A stretch of DNA of 64,000 bases from Heteronotia binoei (Eukaryota). Positions 21,201-33,200 of the stretch are shown here, piece after piece; position 1 is the first letter of the stretch, and the number at the start of each line of letters is the position of its first letter. Where the stretch lies: assembly GCF_032191835.1 (NCBI RefSeq), contig NC_083236.1, positions 27,466,001-27,530,000 on the forward strand, given 5' to 3'. The notes beneath the pieces are model-generated. The model was not told where the DNA came from. It saw only the letters and a program-made list of their open reading frames with translations, and ran no database searches. The translations under genes and the position numbers were made by a program.

Positions 21201-24200
21201 TTGAGTCTGTCCTACATTTGGAGCATAAATTGAAGCTACTGTGATTTCATGGCCATCTAGTGTTCCAGATACAAAAACAAATCTCCCATTAGGATCAATT
21301 TTGGTCTGTAAGCAATGAAATGGAGCTGATCTAGAAAACAAAATAGCTACTCCCCTAGCTTTGGAAGATCCATTCGCATAGTAAGACTGCGATATCCAAC
21401 TTAAGTTTAGCAATCGTGTTTTGACCTTTTTAGCATGCGTTTCTTGTAAGCATATAACATTCGGTTTTTCCCTCTTTAACAATTTAGCAATCCTTTTTTG
21501 TTTAATTGGGTTTTTAAAGCCTCTGCAGTTCTATGAAAATACCTTATAGGTACCTGTCATTACTTCCTTCCCTAAAACAACCAATAACAATAACCATAAA
21601 AAATTACCAACTATATATAACAATTTTCACCAAAACACCCCTCTTAGTATCTAGAAGGAAAGCTTCCTCTCTCTTCCCTTAGGAAGAATTTATAAGGACA
21701 AAAACCACCAACTGTCCCTAGCCGGAAACTAATTCTTGTTTAGGAGGCACTTATTCAATATTGTTCCAATCTAGCATAACTCAAGCGCTCCCCCTTCCTC
21801 ACTCTTTAATTAAATTTGGGTACATAATAAAGAAATTAATGTTTGGTATAGTAATCCTTTCTTTTTGTAACATCAAACTTAAACTCTAATGTTATACCTT
21901 TAAACAATGAATTCCAAGCCATCTTAAAACATCCAGCATAACATACTAGTTATCTTAATAACCATTATAAAGATTTTATCAGTAATAGAATATGTACATA
22001 TCAAGCAAGCCAATAAACTTCATTGTTAATAGATTCTCTCCAATTTTTATATGCCACTAGATCTCTCCCCGGTGTAAACCAGTTTTGCCCTAGAAAAGCC
22101 ATCATTGGTGAAGTTGGAGGTGCAAGTTAAGCTGCTCTTAATATGTTTGTTTGGAGAAACTGCTTATATTGAGATAGATAAACTAATATGCTCCTTGTTT
22201 ACTATTTTTCTTATCTCTCCACTTTTTACGTTATTTTAAATTTGATCTTTTTCTCTATCCATTTAAAATATGTAAGTTAGAAGGATAAAGAAATGTTTGT
22301 TTATATGCCTATCTAAATGATGACATTGTTAAAATAACAACTCAGTTTGTATTTTTAATATGGTTAAGCTTATCCAGTTAGTTCTGTGTTGAGACCTTGG
22401 TGACTTTTTTTTAATATATCTATGTTTGCTGAAGAAGAATAGTTCAGACTTGTATTTTAAGTAATAGTTTAGTAAAAAGTGTACAATGGAAAATGGAGAC
22501 GGTAGAATATAAGGGGAAAACTGAATACTTGCAGGTAGACAGGATTAGGTATTTTGTTTTGAAGTAAAAATGTAACTGATATATTTGCAGCTTTCTTTGT
22601 TTCTGATCTCCCACTCTGTATTTCCCCTTCCCTCTTTATGCTTCTGTACTTGTGCTCATGCTTTTTCTTTTTGTAGTTAAAATTAATAGAAATTATAAAA
22701 TTGAAATTGAAAAATTAATTCATTGAATTTAACTTATTAGTAATGGATTCTGTTATTTATTTATTTATATTAGGTATTATTAATAATATGAACCTCTTTT
22801 AACCCTCTGCTCTATGTATTTCCTAATTACTAGTATCTCCCGTTCCTTCTTATCTATACATCCTAGCCTAAATACCTCCATTCTCTCCATCCCATTTCCA
22901 TCAACACACTCACACTCATACCCCCCGATACTAATTACTCCCATTTCCTTTTCTCCCCCACCCCTCCCTTATACTCTCACACATACCCCCCCAATCCTCC
23001 CATTTTCCTTTCCTCCCCCCACCCCTCCCTTATACGCCACCTTTTATCCTCATGCAATCATCCACACCCTTCTTTTTTTATCCCCCCCTTCCCAAAACTT
23101 TTCTGCTCCTATTAACACTGTAGATCAAATACTTAGAGAACTGTGTACAACATATTCAACTACAACCAAGCGTTCTTAAAAAGTTCCTTGCTCCGTCCTG
23201 TAGGCTTAGACTTGCATAATTGTCTGCTTCTTCGCCTCAGCAACAGTTTGAACAAAGCTCTGTCTTTGCGCCAATATGCGATCTCCTTTAAGTATCGTTG
23301 TTATCCGCTCTCATTTCATTTTCGTCCTCCTCTGTAAGCTTTATATTTAATTGGGAAAGTACTGCCCTTCCTGTATCCGCTGAATCAATTTTAAACGTCG
23401 AGCCATTCCTGTGCATTATAATTTCTGACAAGTTATTCCATCTAAACTTTATGTTTGAGTTGAATAACTTGGTTGCAAAAAACTTTAGCCTTCTACGCTT
23501 AATCCAATGCTTCCTGTGACAAGTCCAGAAGAACAATGACTCTCTGATTATTGTGAAGTATGGAGCCTCTAGATCTGACCTCCTTCATGATATGATCTCT
23601 TGTTCTAGGGGAAATAAACTGCACAAAGATGTCCCGCAGTCTATTTCTCCACGTCATTGCTAACGGCACCAGTCTAGTTGCTTTCGCTATTGCTGGTGTT
23701 ATCCCTTCCTCCATATTCAGAGAGCGCGCAAGCCAGTTTGAAATGTAATTAGATAAATCCATCCATCCCTCCGCGCCCTCCTCCACTCCGCGAAATTTCA
23801 AGTTAAGATTTCTCCAACGCTGTTCCAGTATTAAGATCCTTTCCTCCAGCCTTCGCTCATTAGAATTAATTTCTTTAATCTCAGTCTTTAATTCTAAGGA
23901 GACTTCTGCTGCCTGCTCTGCCACTTTAGCTGTAATATCAAGTTCCGTGGCTAAATAATTGATTTTTTAATTTATAGGCTCTATGCATTTAGCTGTAGCA
24001 ACTTTAAAATAATCGTTAAGAGCTTGCCTTAGAATCCGAAGATCTTTTCTTGTTATTGGAGCTGAGTCGTCCTCCTGTGGCTCAGGGCTGTTAGGAGCTG
24101 CTTCGGGCACCATTTTTTCACTCGTATCTCGCATCTTCTTCTTCCCCATTGGTGATTGATTTTTGCTAAAATAGTCCTTTACAGACGCCAATTTTGTTCA

Positions 24201-27200
24201 TTTTGTGCTTCTTTTGCTCCTAGACTGGTTTCCCATTAATATTTTCATATTTGTACCTGATGATCTATCGTAGGGTTTGTTTTGTAGAGTTAAGGGGAGA
24301 GAGCGCTGCAGTTAAGTGCCCACCATACACCCGCGAAGCTCCACCCGTCCTTTTTTCACCTTCTTGATTAAAACACACACACACACTTCAAACACCAATA
24401 CATCAGATGATGGATAGGAAAGTATTATTTTGTTTGTTTGTTTGTTTGCATTTATATCCCGCCCTTCCCAAACACCCTTCCCAATAGGGGTGCTCAGGAA
24501 CAGGCAGAGGAATTGAGGAGACAGGAAACAAAATTGCCAAAAGCAGCAGTTCCTGGTGAGCTTGGCCCACATGAAACCATGTACCCCACAATGGCAACCC
24601 TAAAGTAAGAAAGGGCCCAGTGCCCCTCCAGATGCAAATCACCACCATTCTTCTTTACAGGGCACTTAATTGTGTTTGCATACATTTTTTGAACACAAGA
24701 ACCATTAAAAGGAAGGCTACCCATCAATTTATGGCAGAGGCAAGATTTACACTTTTGACAGGCCAAGGTATTCCATACTAGTCTGGTACTAGACAATTTC
24801 TGGTCATTGACTCTGTTGAGGAACTAATTACACAATCTCCTCCTTCAACTCTTGCTTGTCTGCTTTTGCTGGCACAGGGATAACCACTCTTCTCTACTGA
24901 CTCATTGATAGGAAAAGATTAGCCATTATATTTTTTCATGATGTAGGTGATATTCAGAGGAACAGCAGGACGTTACGTTAGTATGTTAGTATGTTGTGTG
25001 CTTACAATAAACAATAAAGTAAAAAAAAAAAAGATATTCAGAGGAACAGCAGGACAAGACCCCCTGTTGCACACTGCTGAATACATGAAATGTATTGCTT
25101 TGCAGAACATGGCTAAAACAACGAGAAGCTCACAGTGAAAGTTTTCCATTTAGAAGCCTTGAACCTGCGGTGTCAGAGAAGGAGAAAGGATCTGGTAAAG
25201 ACCCTCAAGATATACAGGTACTTCCTTTTTAGTAGCCCTATGTATGTAAGAAAAGACTGTTGCCATCCAGATATAATTCTTGTGGGTTAGGTTTAGGGTC
25301 AGGCTCTGTCTGTATTATCCTCCTCCTTTGGTGGAGGTACAAGTTTGTACTGTTCAGACAGCATTTTCATAGTGCCCTGATTTGAGGAAGAATTTGTACA
25401 ATCAGGAGTATCAAATGGCAAAGTATTTCCTGGACTGGTGCACTTCTGGCTGCATGAGATAAGGTTGATGGGTGATCTCCCAGATAAGAAATTCCCAGCA
25501 CTGATATTGGCCTTTCCACTAGCATGCTAGTTTTCTAGCTGCAAAGTGTTCTCAACAAGGTGGTCTGCCTACCCACTGCCTGAAATCGACCAGCAGGTCT
25601 GAATAAACTGGGGTGGTTCCAGGGGAGAAGGCTACTCCCCCTCCTGGATCAATTTAAAGAAGCTGACCCAGTTTTTGGAGGAGGAGGAGCCTTCCCAGAG
25701 GTAACTAACTGCCCCATTGCCTGGACTTCTGGAGAAGAAGCTTCTCTCCTTGATGCTACTGACTGGAAAAACTGTCCCCTGATACATATGTTTTGAACAC
25801 CTCAGCATATTTGGCCAGGGAACAGGGAAACTAGGAATGTGGTTAGGTTAAAGCCTGGAGTTTGGAAAAGAGGAAACATGAGAATGAGTGTGTGACTCTA
25901 TAGAAGGTTCTAACAGAATGCCATTCTGTCATGAGTCTGCTTGCGGAGAGGGTGGGATAAAAGTTGAAAGTAATAAATAAATGTGAAAATGCAGAGCAAT
26001 ACCGATTTCTCACTAGCATTGCTCTGCTCTATGCTTCTGTTTTCCCCCAGCCCAAGTGATCGATTTCCCATCAGTTACTTTGCAGGCACATTTTGACACA
26101 CAGCTCCCTCTAGTTCCCCTTGCAGTTTCTTAATCCTTAAAAAACAGCATCACAAAGCCACGAGGGGAACTGGGGAGAGCCGCTCATCAAAATGCACCTG
26201 CAGAGCAACTGGTGGGAAATTGGTTGTGTGCACTGGGGAAAACAGAAGCCTGGGGGCAGAGCAACGCTAGTGAGAAATCGGTACAAGTCTTCTTGGTGCT
26301 TAACTGGCTTATAGCAGGTCTGCCTTGAAAATCCAAACTATTCAACTCATAGCTTTCTCCCCCCCCAAAAAAAGGTTTCCAGCAGCTGCAGTTCTGTGAG
26401 CTTTCCAGCACAAAAATGTCTTCAATCTAAACACCGCCCCCCCCCCCAAAAAAAAAAAATGAAATACCCAAAGTGCCTAGTTTTCTTAGGGGAACTCTGA
26501 TTGAGAAAACAAAACCCAGCAGTGTAACTGGACTGAGTAAATGCATCTTTAGCTTTTTAAAAATGTGCCCTCTCTTTTTCTTTTGGAGCACTCTTATATT
26601 GCCATGAATGTAAACCAATGTGCTAATAATTGGAGCAGAGTCAGAGAAGCAGAAGATGCAGAAGAGAGCGACCAGGAGAAGGACAGATACACACGCATTT
26701 CTCCAGTCAAGGGAGCAAAGCGGAGAAACAGCTGGGAAGGATACTGTCAGGTCACAGATGTGAGGGAAAATTCTTGTGGGCACACACAGCCAGGGAGCCC
26801 CCCAAGGAAAAAAGGGGCAAAAGGCAATTTACCGAAGAAGTCTGACTGCAAAGACACTCCTATCCAGAGGCTCATTTCTCTGGTGCAGGGCTGGGATATG
26901 GCAAATCGCAAACACTATGAAGCCTCGCAGGTGCCTACATCTGTTGGAGAGCCTTCTTGCAAAAATCCTGAAAGGATGGCTCCCTTCAAGCTGCTGCCAG
27001 CCAGTCCCGCAAGGTTTACCACTCCTGAACAACCTGGTAATGGCCTTGTTCTCAGAGCTGCACCAAGAGTTCAACAATACTTGACCAACAGTGGCCAGTG
27101 CTTTCCAGGCACCCCAGCTACAGGGGGATGGCTGCTCAGGGCTGGTGGACCAAGCATTCTGGAACAGATCTGTCCAGTCAAGAAGCTGAGTAGCCAGCCA

Positions 27201-30200
27201 GAGAGAGAGGAAGGTGAGGCTGAAGGGGCTGGGTTTGCTGCTTGTAAATTAGCTACTTGGTGATGATGCCAGCCGATGTTAGAAACAAGTGATTTCTCTC
27301 CTTCCCTCTTTTCTTCCTCAGAGTTTGGGACCTTGCAGAGAAAACTCAATTCAGCACATTTATTTGTTCATTTTAAGCTGTTTTTATGCTACTTTTCTAA
27401 CTGACAGGGCCGCCAAGGCAGTGAATGATCAAAACCATTTAAAAATTGACTTAGTTAAAATACATATATAAAACAATTAAATCAACAGGTAAAATACATA
27501 AACAAGAAGTTGGGTCCAATGAAGGAATGCCAAACAATAGAGCAGTCTTCACCTGCTGGTAGAGGACCATGATTGAGGGGTGCAGACAAGGAAACGTAGT
27601 TTTGGTGCTAGGAACAAAAAGGCTCTTTCTCAGGCTGCCAGCCTTCTAATTTCAAATATAAGGTTGTCAGCCCTGTGCTGTCAATCTCTGGGGACAGTTG
27701 TGGGGCAGAGACTGCGGAGGGAGAGCAGCACTGATGCTTTGATGTCACATCTGGGTGAACACTGAAAGTGATATCCTGACATCACTTTAGGAATCTCCCT
27801 AGTCTACATCACAAAGACCACAGAGAGTTGGTGAAGTTCCTAGACTTTCATGGACACTCACCTCACCCAGAAGTGATATAATGGTTTCTGTGCTGTGCCC
27901 CTCCCCCCATTTTTTATACTGTTGCACTATCGTGTGAGCATGGAGGATGCAGTGCAGGGGCAGGAGGTTGCTTGCCATGGGCAGGCAACTGGTAAACCTA
28001 CTCAGATGGTGGGGGCAGCAAAAGGACAGCACTGAAGATGACTGGAGGTTTCCCTGGCCAGCTAGCATCTTGCTCAGTGTCACACTTTTTTGATGCTGGG
28101 CCAGAAGATGCTGATGTTCTGGGCCAGGCAGCAAGATGATCAGTGAGCCTCTCTGTATGATCAGATGATGCATACAAAACAGCGCTTGCACCTGTGCCAC
28201 GGGACAGAGACTGTGCTGGTCTTCCTCAGACGATCTCTGCAGACAGCTGGATCAAGGTGGATTGGCACTGCTGTTACTGTTAAATCTAACAGAGGTGTTT
28301 GACATGGCTGACCATGATCTGTTGGCTGTTTGTGGACAAGCCTTGAACTGGCTTATTTTATTCCTCCAGGGTCAGGGACAGAGGATGACGCTGAGAGAAA
28401 GTGTCCCAAGCAGCAGTTCTCTTTCTTATGCTGTTTAATATCTATCTGTGCTTTCTTGTCCAGCGGGCATGGAGTTTTGGGCTGGGTTGTAACTGGTATG
28501 CTTGTGACACCCAGCTATATGTTGGACAGCTACTGCCCAGCCTAATTTGGCTGTGGGATTGGAGGCTGTGGCTCGATGGTTAAAGCAGAACGGACTGAGC
28601 CTGAATCCATCAAAGATGGAGGTTCTGTGGCTGGACAGGGGTAACCTGAGGTTGAGGTGTCAGCATGGAGCAGCATGGATGTTGACTTCATAGTCTATGT
28701 GGACACAGATCCATCTTGTGCTGCACAAACTGCACTGGCTGCCCATTGAGTACTGGATCAGTTGCAGGGTGCTGCTGGTACTTACCTTTAAAGCCTTATA
28801 CAGCCAGGGGCCACCATACCTTTTGAACCACCTCTCCCTATATGAGCCCTGTAAGACTTTATGATTGGCAACTCAACATCTCCTGGTGGTCCCTGGCCTC
28901 AGAGACCTCCAACTTGCCTTGACTAGGACCAGGGCTATTTTGGCCCTGGCCCTTGCCTGGTGGAGTTAGCTTCCTTTGGAGATCATGGACATCATCATCA
29001 TCACCTCCAGGTTCCTTTTTCAAAACAGTAGTGCACTATTTTACTTGCATTTAATTGCATTCTCCCCTTACAAAAATGGCACTCTAAACGTCATTTCAAA
29101 AGGAGAGGCGGATCACAAAGCTTCTAGAGAATTTTTAAAACCTACAAATTGGTAGTGCATTGCTGTGCTGGAGAAGGGAATAATATATATGTATTTATTA
29201 AAACCTTAGTATCCCATATTTCCTCATGGTTCAAAGTGGATTACAGTAATAATTAAAAACATTTTCAGGTTAAAAGCAAAATAAACAAACAACAAATCCC
29301 AGATCTCTCCCTCTTTACTGGTAGTTGCCAGCTCTGAGGGTTTTTAAAACAAGTATGGCCTTATAAAACAATAAGGGAATACTCAGAAGAATTAAAAATA
29401 TTGGTTTATCGTATGTTGTTTACAGATAGATAGCAGTCACTGCAAAGTAAAAAGGGACATTTTAAAATATACTAATAGCAGATAAAAGGTTGAATCCAGC
29501 AGTTTATAAGAGTACAAGGAGGAGGTCAAAATCAGCCTCTTCTTCATCTTCCAACAGAGCAATTAGGATGCAAGATACAACCACCTTATGACTGTTTGAA
29601 CTGCATCACATTTCTCTCCACAGCAACATTCTCTGAACCAGTCAAGAAGGTCATTGATGAGCCATGGAGTGCTGGATTGATTCTTAAAGTTGAACACCCT
29701 CCAATTGTGGCTGGTGATGGTTCATGCATGTCTCATGTAGACAGCACCCTCTACAGCACATGCCAGGAAGGTATCCAGCTGGCCAGTGCACAGACACAAG
29801 TGGTGGCCAAAGGTATTGCCTGCAATCTAAATAGGTCTTGGGTAAAGGTACATAGACTTTGCCCTAAAACAGCCCCCCCCCCCCCCCAAAAGAGACCCTG
29901 CTCCCTTTTCTGCGATCTGTTGTAAAAATATTTGTAAAAGATTATTCATCCCATGCATTTGAAGAAATGTGCTTTACTTGTGAGAGCTGATGCTGGAATG
30001 AACTTTTGACCTTGAAGGTGGTAGTGTACTTTTGCTGTCTGCTCAGGACACACTTTAGTTTTGGTTGTAGCAGTTAGCAACAGAAATGCTGATTGGAAGG
30101 CCCTACTTTGAGCAGCCTTTCAGACTGGATGGCCTGGCATTCATTCCAACACTATGCTGCTCCCTCTCCCACATACCTGCACATCAATATATCTGTTCTC

Positions 30201-33200
30201 AACATGGCCAAATTTGGAAAAACTTAAATCCAGAAAATGGGCCTATGAACCGACAAGACTGTTCTTTCTACGAACCTTTTAAAAAGCCTCAGATTTGCAG
30301 AAAAATCTGAAATTGAAAAAGAATACATTGGTCAAAACTCCCCAAAATAATAGAAGCAGCACTTGTATCTTTAAGAAACAAATTCCATCAGTGGCCATTG
30401 CTAGGCAACTGCAACAATATTGCCAGCCTTCAAGCCTTGTTTTCTGTCAGTGGGCAGAGGGAGGGAGGGAGGGAGGGCAACGCTCTTTCCAGGGCTGTTT
30501 TGGTCCTTGAGGGAGAATGATGGCCAGGCCTGTAAGCAATCCCTGGGTGATGTGATACCACATAACTAGTAAGACTTACCTAGTCCTGGCTGCTTGGTAC
30601 TGTTCAACAGCAGTCCCCCACCCCACAAAAGCCAATGTGTGTAGAGTTTCAGACTAGGATCTGGGAGACCCAGGGGTGAATAACCACCTTTCCATGGAAG
30701 CTCACTGGGTGATCTTGGGCCAGTTACATACTCTCTAATCTACCTCACATGTGTGGATGAAATGGATGAGAGCAGAATGATGTCAGCTGCTCTGGGTTTC
30801 CACTGGGGAGAATGAAGGGATATAAATGATGGAAGTAAATCAATAAAGCTGAAGATGGGGAGCAGATAATACATATGTTGGTTGGTGGATGGGAAGGAGA
30901 GAAGGAAAGTTGAGGAGATGGGGTTCCCAGGGGAAGAGAAAGAAGAAATAGTGTAGGGAAGAGGATACAGGGGGAAATGAAGTACTCCCTGACCCCTGTA
31001 AATCCATGCTGGTTCCCCACTATACAATTGGGCCCAGCTTGGCTGTGCCATTGTTTCCCAAGGGAAAGGCTGTCAGGGGGAGGTAAGGTGGGAAATCTGA
31101 AGACAGAGGCAGATAAAGATAGGTTGGCTGGTGGGAGAGAAAGAGGCAGCAAATGGGAGAGTCCCTTCAGGGAAGGAAAAGAGGAAATAGTAAGGGAGGG
31201 GAAAATGAGATGCCCCTGCAAGTCTTTGTGGGTCCCCTCCTTGTAACATGCTATTTACAGGATACCCGTGTCATGATTTTGTGTTGGATCCTTACAACTT
31301 TCCCACCTTATTACAGCCTCCTTTGACCACCAAAACACTATGTCTGGCATGATGGGACCAAAGCTGTGTGGGGCAATGGCTTTATAAAGGGGGGAAATTG
31401 GACAGGACTGAGCGAAAAAGCAGTCTGGATCCAATCAAAGTCTATTGGATTGACCTGCCAAAAACAGAACTGAGTGAGATCCAAGTAGAGTTCAACACTG
31501 CTTCCATGGGTAATCAGAAGACATGTGAATCTATGACACAGTGGGATTGTGGCCTACTTTCCAATCCAAGCCCAGATTCACATAAACAGCCTGAGTATAT
31601 GGAAGAAAATCTTCCTTACACTGATTGACCTCACGGCCAAGTTAGATGTTCCATTTATATCTTCACTGCCATGGGGACTTGTGGTCAGAGAGCAGTGTCA
31701 AGTTCCTTGTGGAACCTCCCTTTTGCTGTGCAGCAGAGGCTTGATTTAGATTGGGATGGTGGTGGGGACGAGTAGCTTCAGTGCCTTTTCCCCAGACCCA
31801 CAGTCAGGGCTGGCATGTGGGAGTTGGTGAGGTAGGCAGCTTCCTGGGGCGCCACCTCACCACAGGGGCGGGGGTGTGCACCCCCTCCCTGTCCCCACTC
31901 AAGTGGACCTGCGAAGAAAAAAGGAGCCAGCTTCTCCATGGCCCCCTCTGAAGCGGGAGAGGGCCAGGAAGGCTGCCCCTGAGATGAGGCAGAGATGGCT
32001 GCAGGCTGCCTTAGCTCTAATTTTTTGCCCTCTTAGATATCGTCTTTCTGAGCTTCCCATTGTCTCAAGAAGAGATCTTTTATGCCCGGATGTGCCACTG
32101 CTTTCTCACAGATGTCATCTTGGACTCTATAAGGCAGAAGGATCCTAAGGAAATTACTGCCCAAGTGGAGTTCTTTGTACAGAGGTTGTGGGTAAGCAGA
32201 TATTCCATCTCCTGAGTGGATGGAGATCTTCGCAGTGGGTGCCAGGGGGTGGTAGGCTCTGGCCCTTCTCTGACTTTACCTCAAGCTGACCCCTTTGTAG
32301 TCTGATGCTGGACCACCAGCCAGAGATTTTTCCAGTCTTCTAGTCTGGATTCTGACAGCTTGGGAATGGATTATGAAGATCATTTTTATCAATCAGCACA
32401 GTGCTGGCTTTCTTTTTCCTTAGGGTTGCCAGGTCTGTATTGGAAAATACCTGAAGACTTTGGGGGTGGACCCAGGAGAGGGTGGGGTTTGGGGAAGGGA
32501 GGGGAGGGGAGGGGCCTCAGCATGGTACAATGCCATCGAGTCCACTGTTCAAAGGAGCCATTTTCTCCAGGGGAGCTGATCTTTGCCAGCTGGAGATCAG
32601 TTATAAAAGCGGGAGATCTCAAGGCCCCACCTGGAGGCTTGAAAACTAGAGAGAGGTCACTCCAGGATATTACAAAAAACAACCACAGGTGCCAGTCTGA
32701 AACAGTCTGAACATTTGTGTCGGAGACTTCGGGTCCCTATGTAATGTAACCTTATTGAAAGTTTTTTGGCAGTTGTGGAATGCAGTGGGAATTTTTATAG
32801 TTGAAATTGAACATTTGGAGTCCGCCACCCCCACTCTCCTGCAGGATAACCTGTTCTTCAAAGCATCTGCAGAGCCAGCTGGCCCTCAGTGGATCCCCAA
32901 AGGGACAAGGCAAGTGGGGTTTGCCTCTGTCAGTGTTTGAGTGGCTTCATTTCTTGTAGACCCTGCAGATCACAGTGAAGGAGTTTGTGGCCAACTTACT
33001 GAATGTGGCACCTTTTAAAGCCAAGAGTCATACCTGTGAGATGTTGTTGAAATGGCTTGAGGTAAGTATGTGCTACTGCATCATTCATGCAAAGGATTGG
33101 GCTATCCCTTTTGTAGCCTTTTTCTTACATGTGGGAGGCTTATTTTAGCTAAGTAGACTTCAAGAGTTTGGGGCTCAAACCCACATTTGACTTGCAAGGT

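Larger units (their letters stand above)
11430..21560 (-). pseudogene. L1 ORF2 (endonuclease, RT, C-terminal Cys knuckle), disrupted
   Basis: EN: CLQETH, RGVAIL, GxDLN, RIDF, SDHS; RT: [36 protein letters not shown]; knuckle CWKGC...HCWWSC. About 3.8 kb remains after removing the DIRS and the 169-bp insert, the expected ORF2 size. Confidence 0.93.
11296..24350 (-). mobile_element. Full-length decayed LINE-1, interrupted by the DIRS element and two smaller inserts
   Basis: 5' end near 24350, ORF1 ~24191-23157, ORF2 21560-11430, AATAAA near 11315; possible degenerate TSD TTTTTTCCCTT (11285-11295) / TTTTTTCACCTT (24351-24362). Confidence 0.93.

Noticed and set aside
31261-31400. Possible extra KCTD19 exon after tttacag at 31260
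   Set aside because: No similarity to KCTD19, and the flanking exons already join in phase without it.
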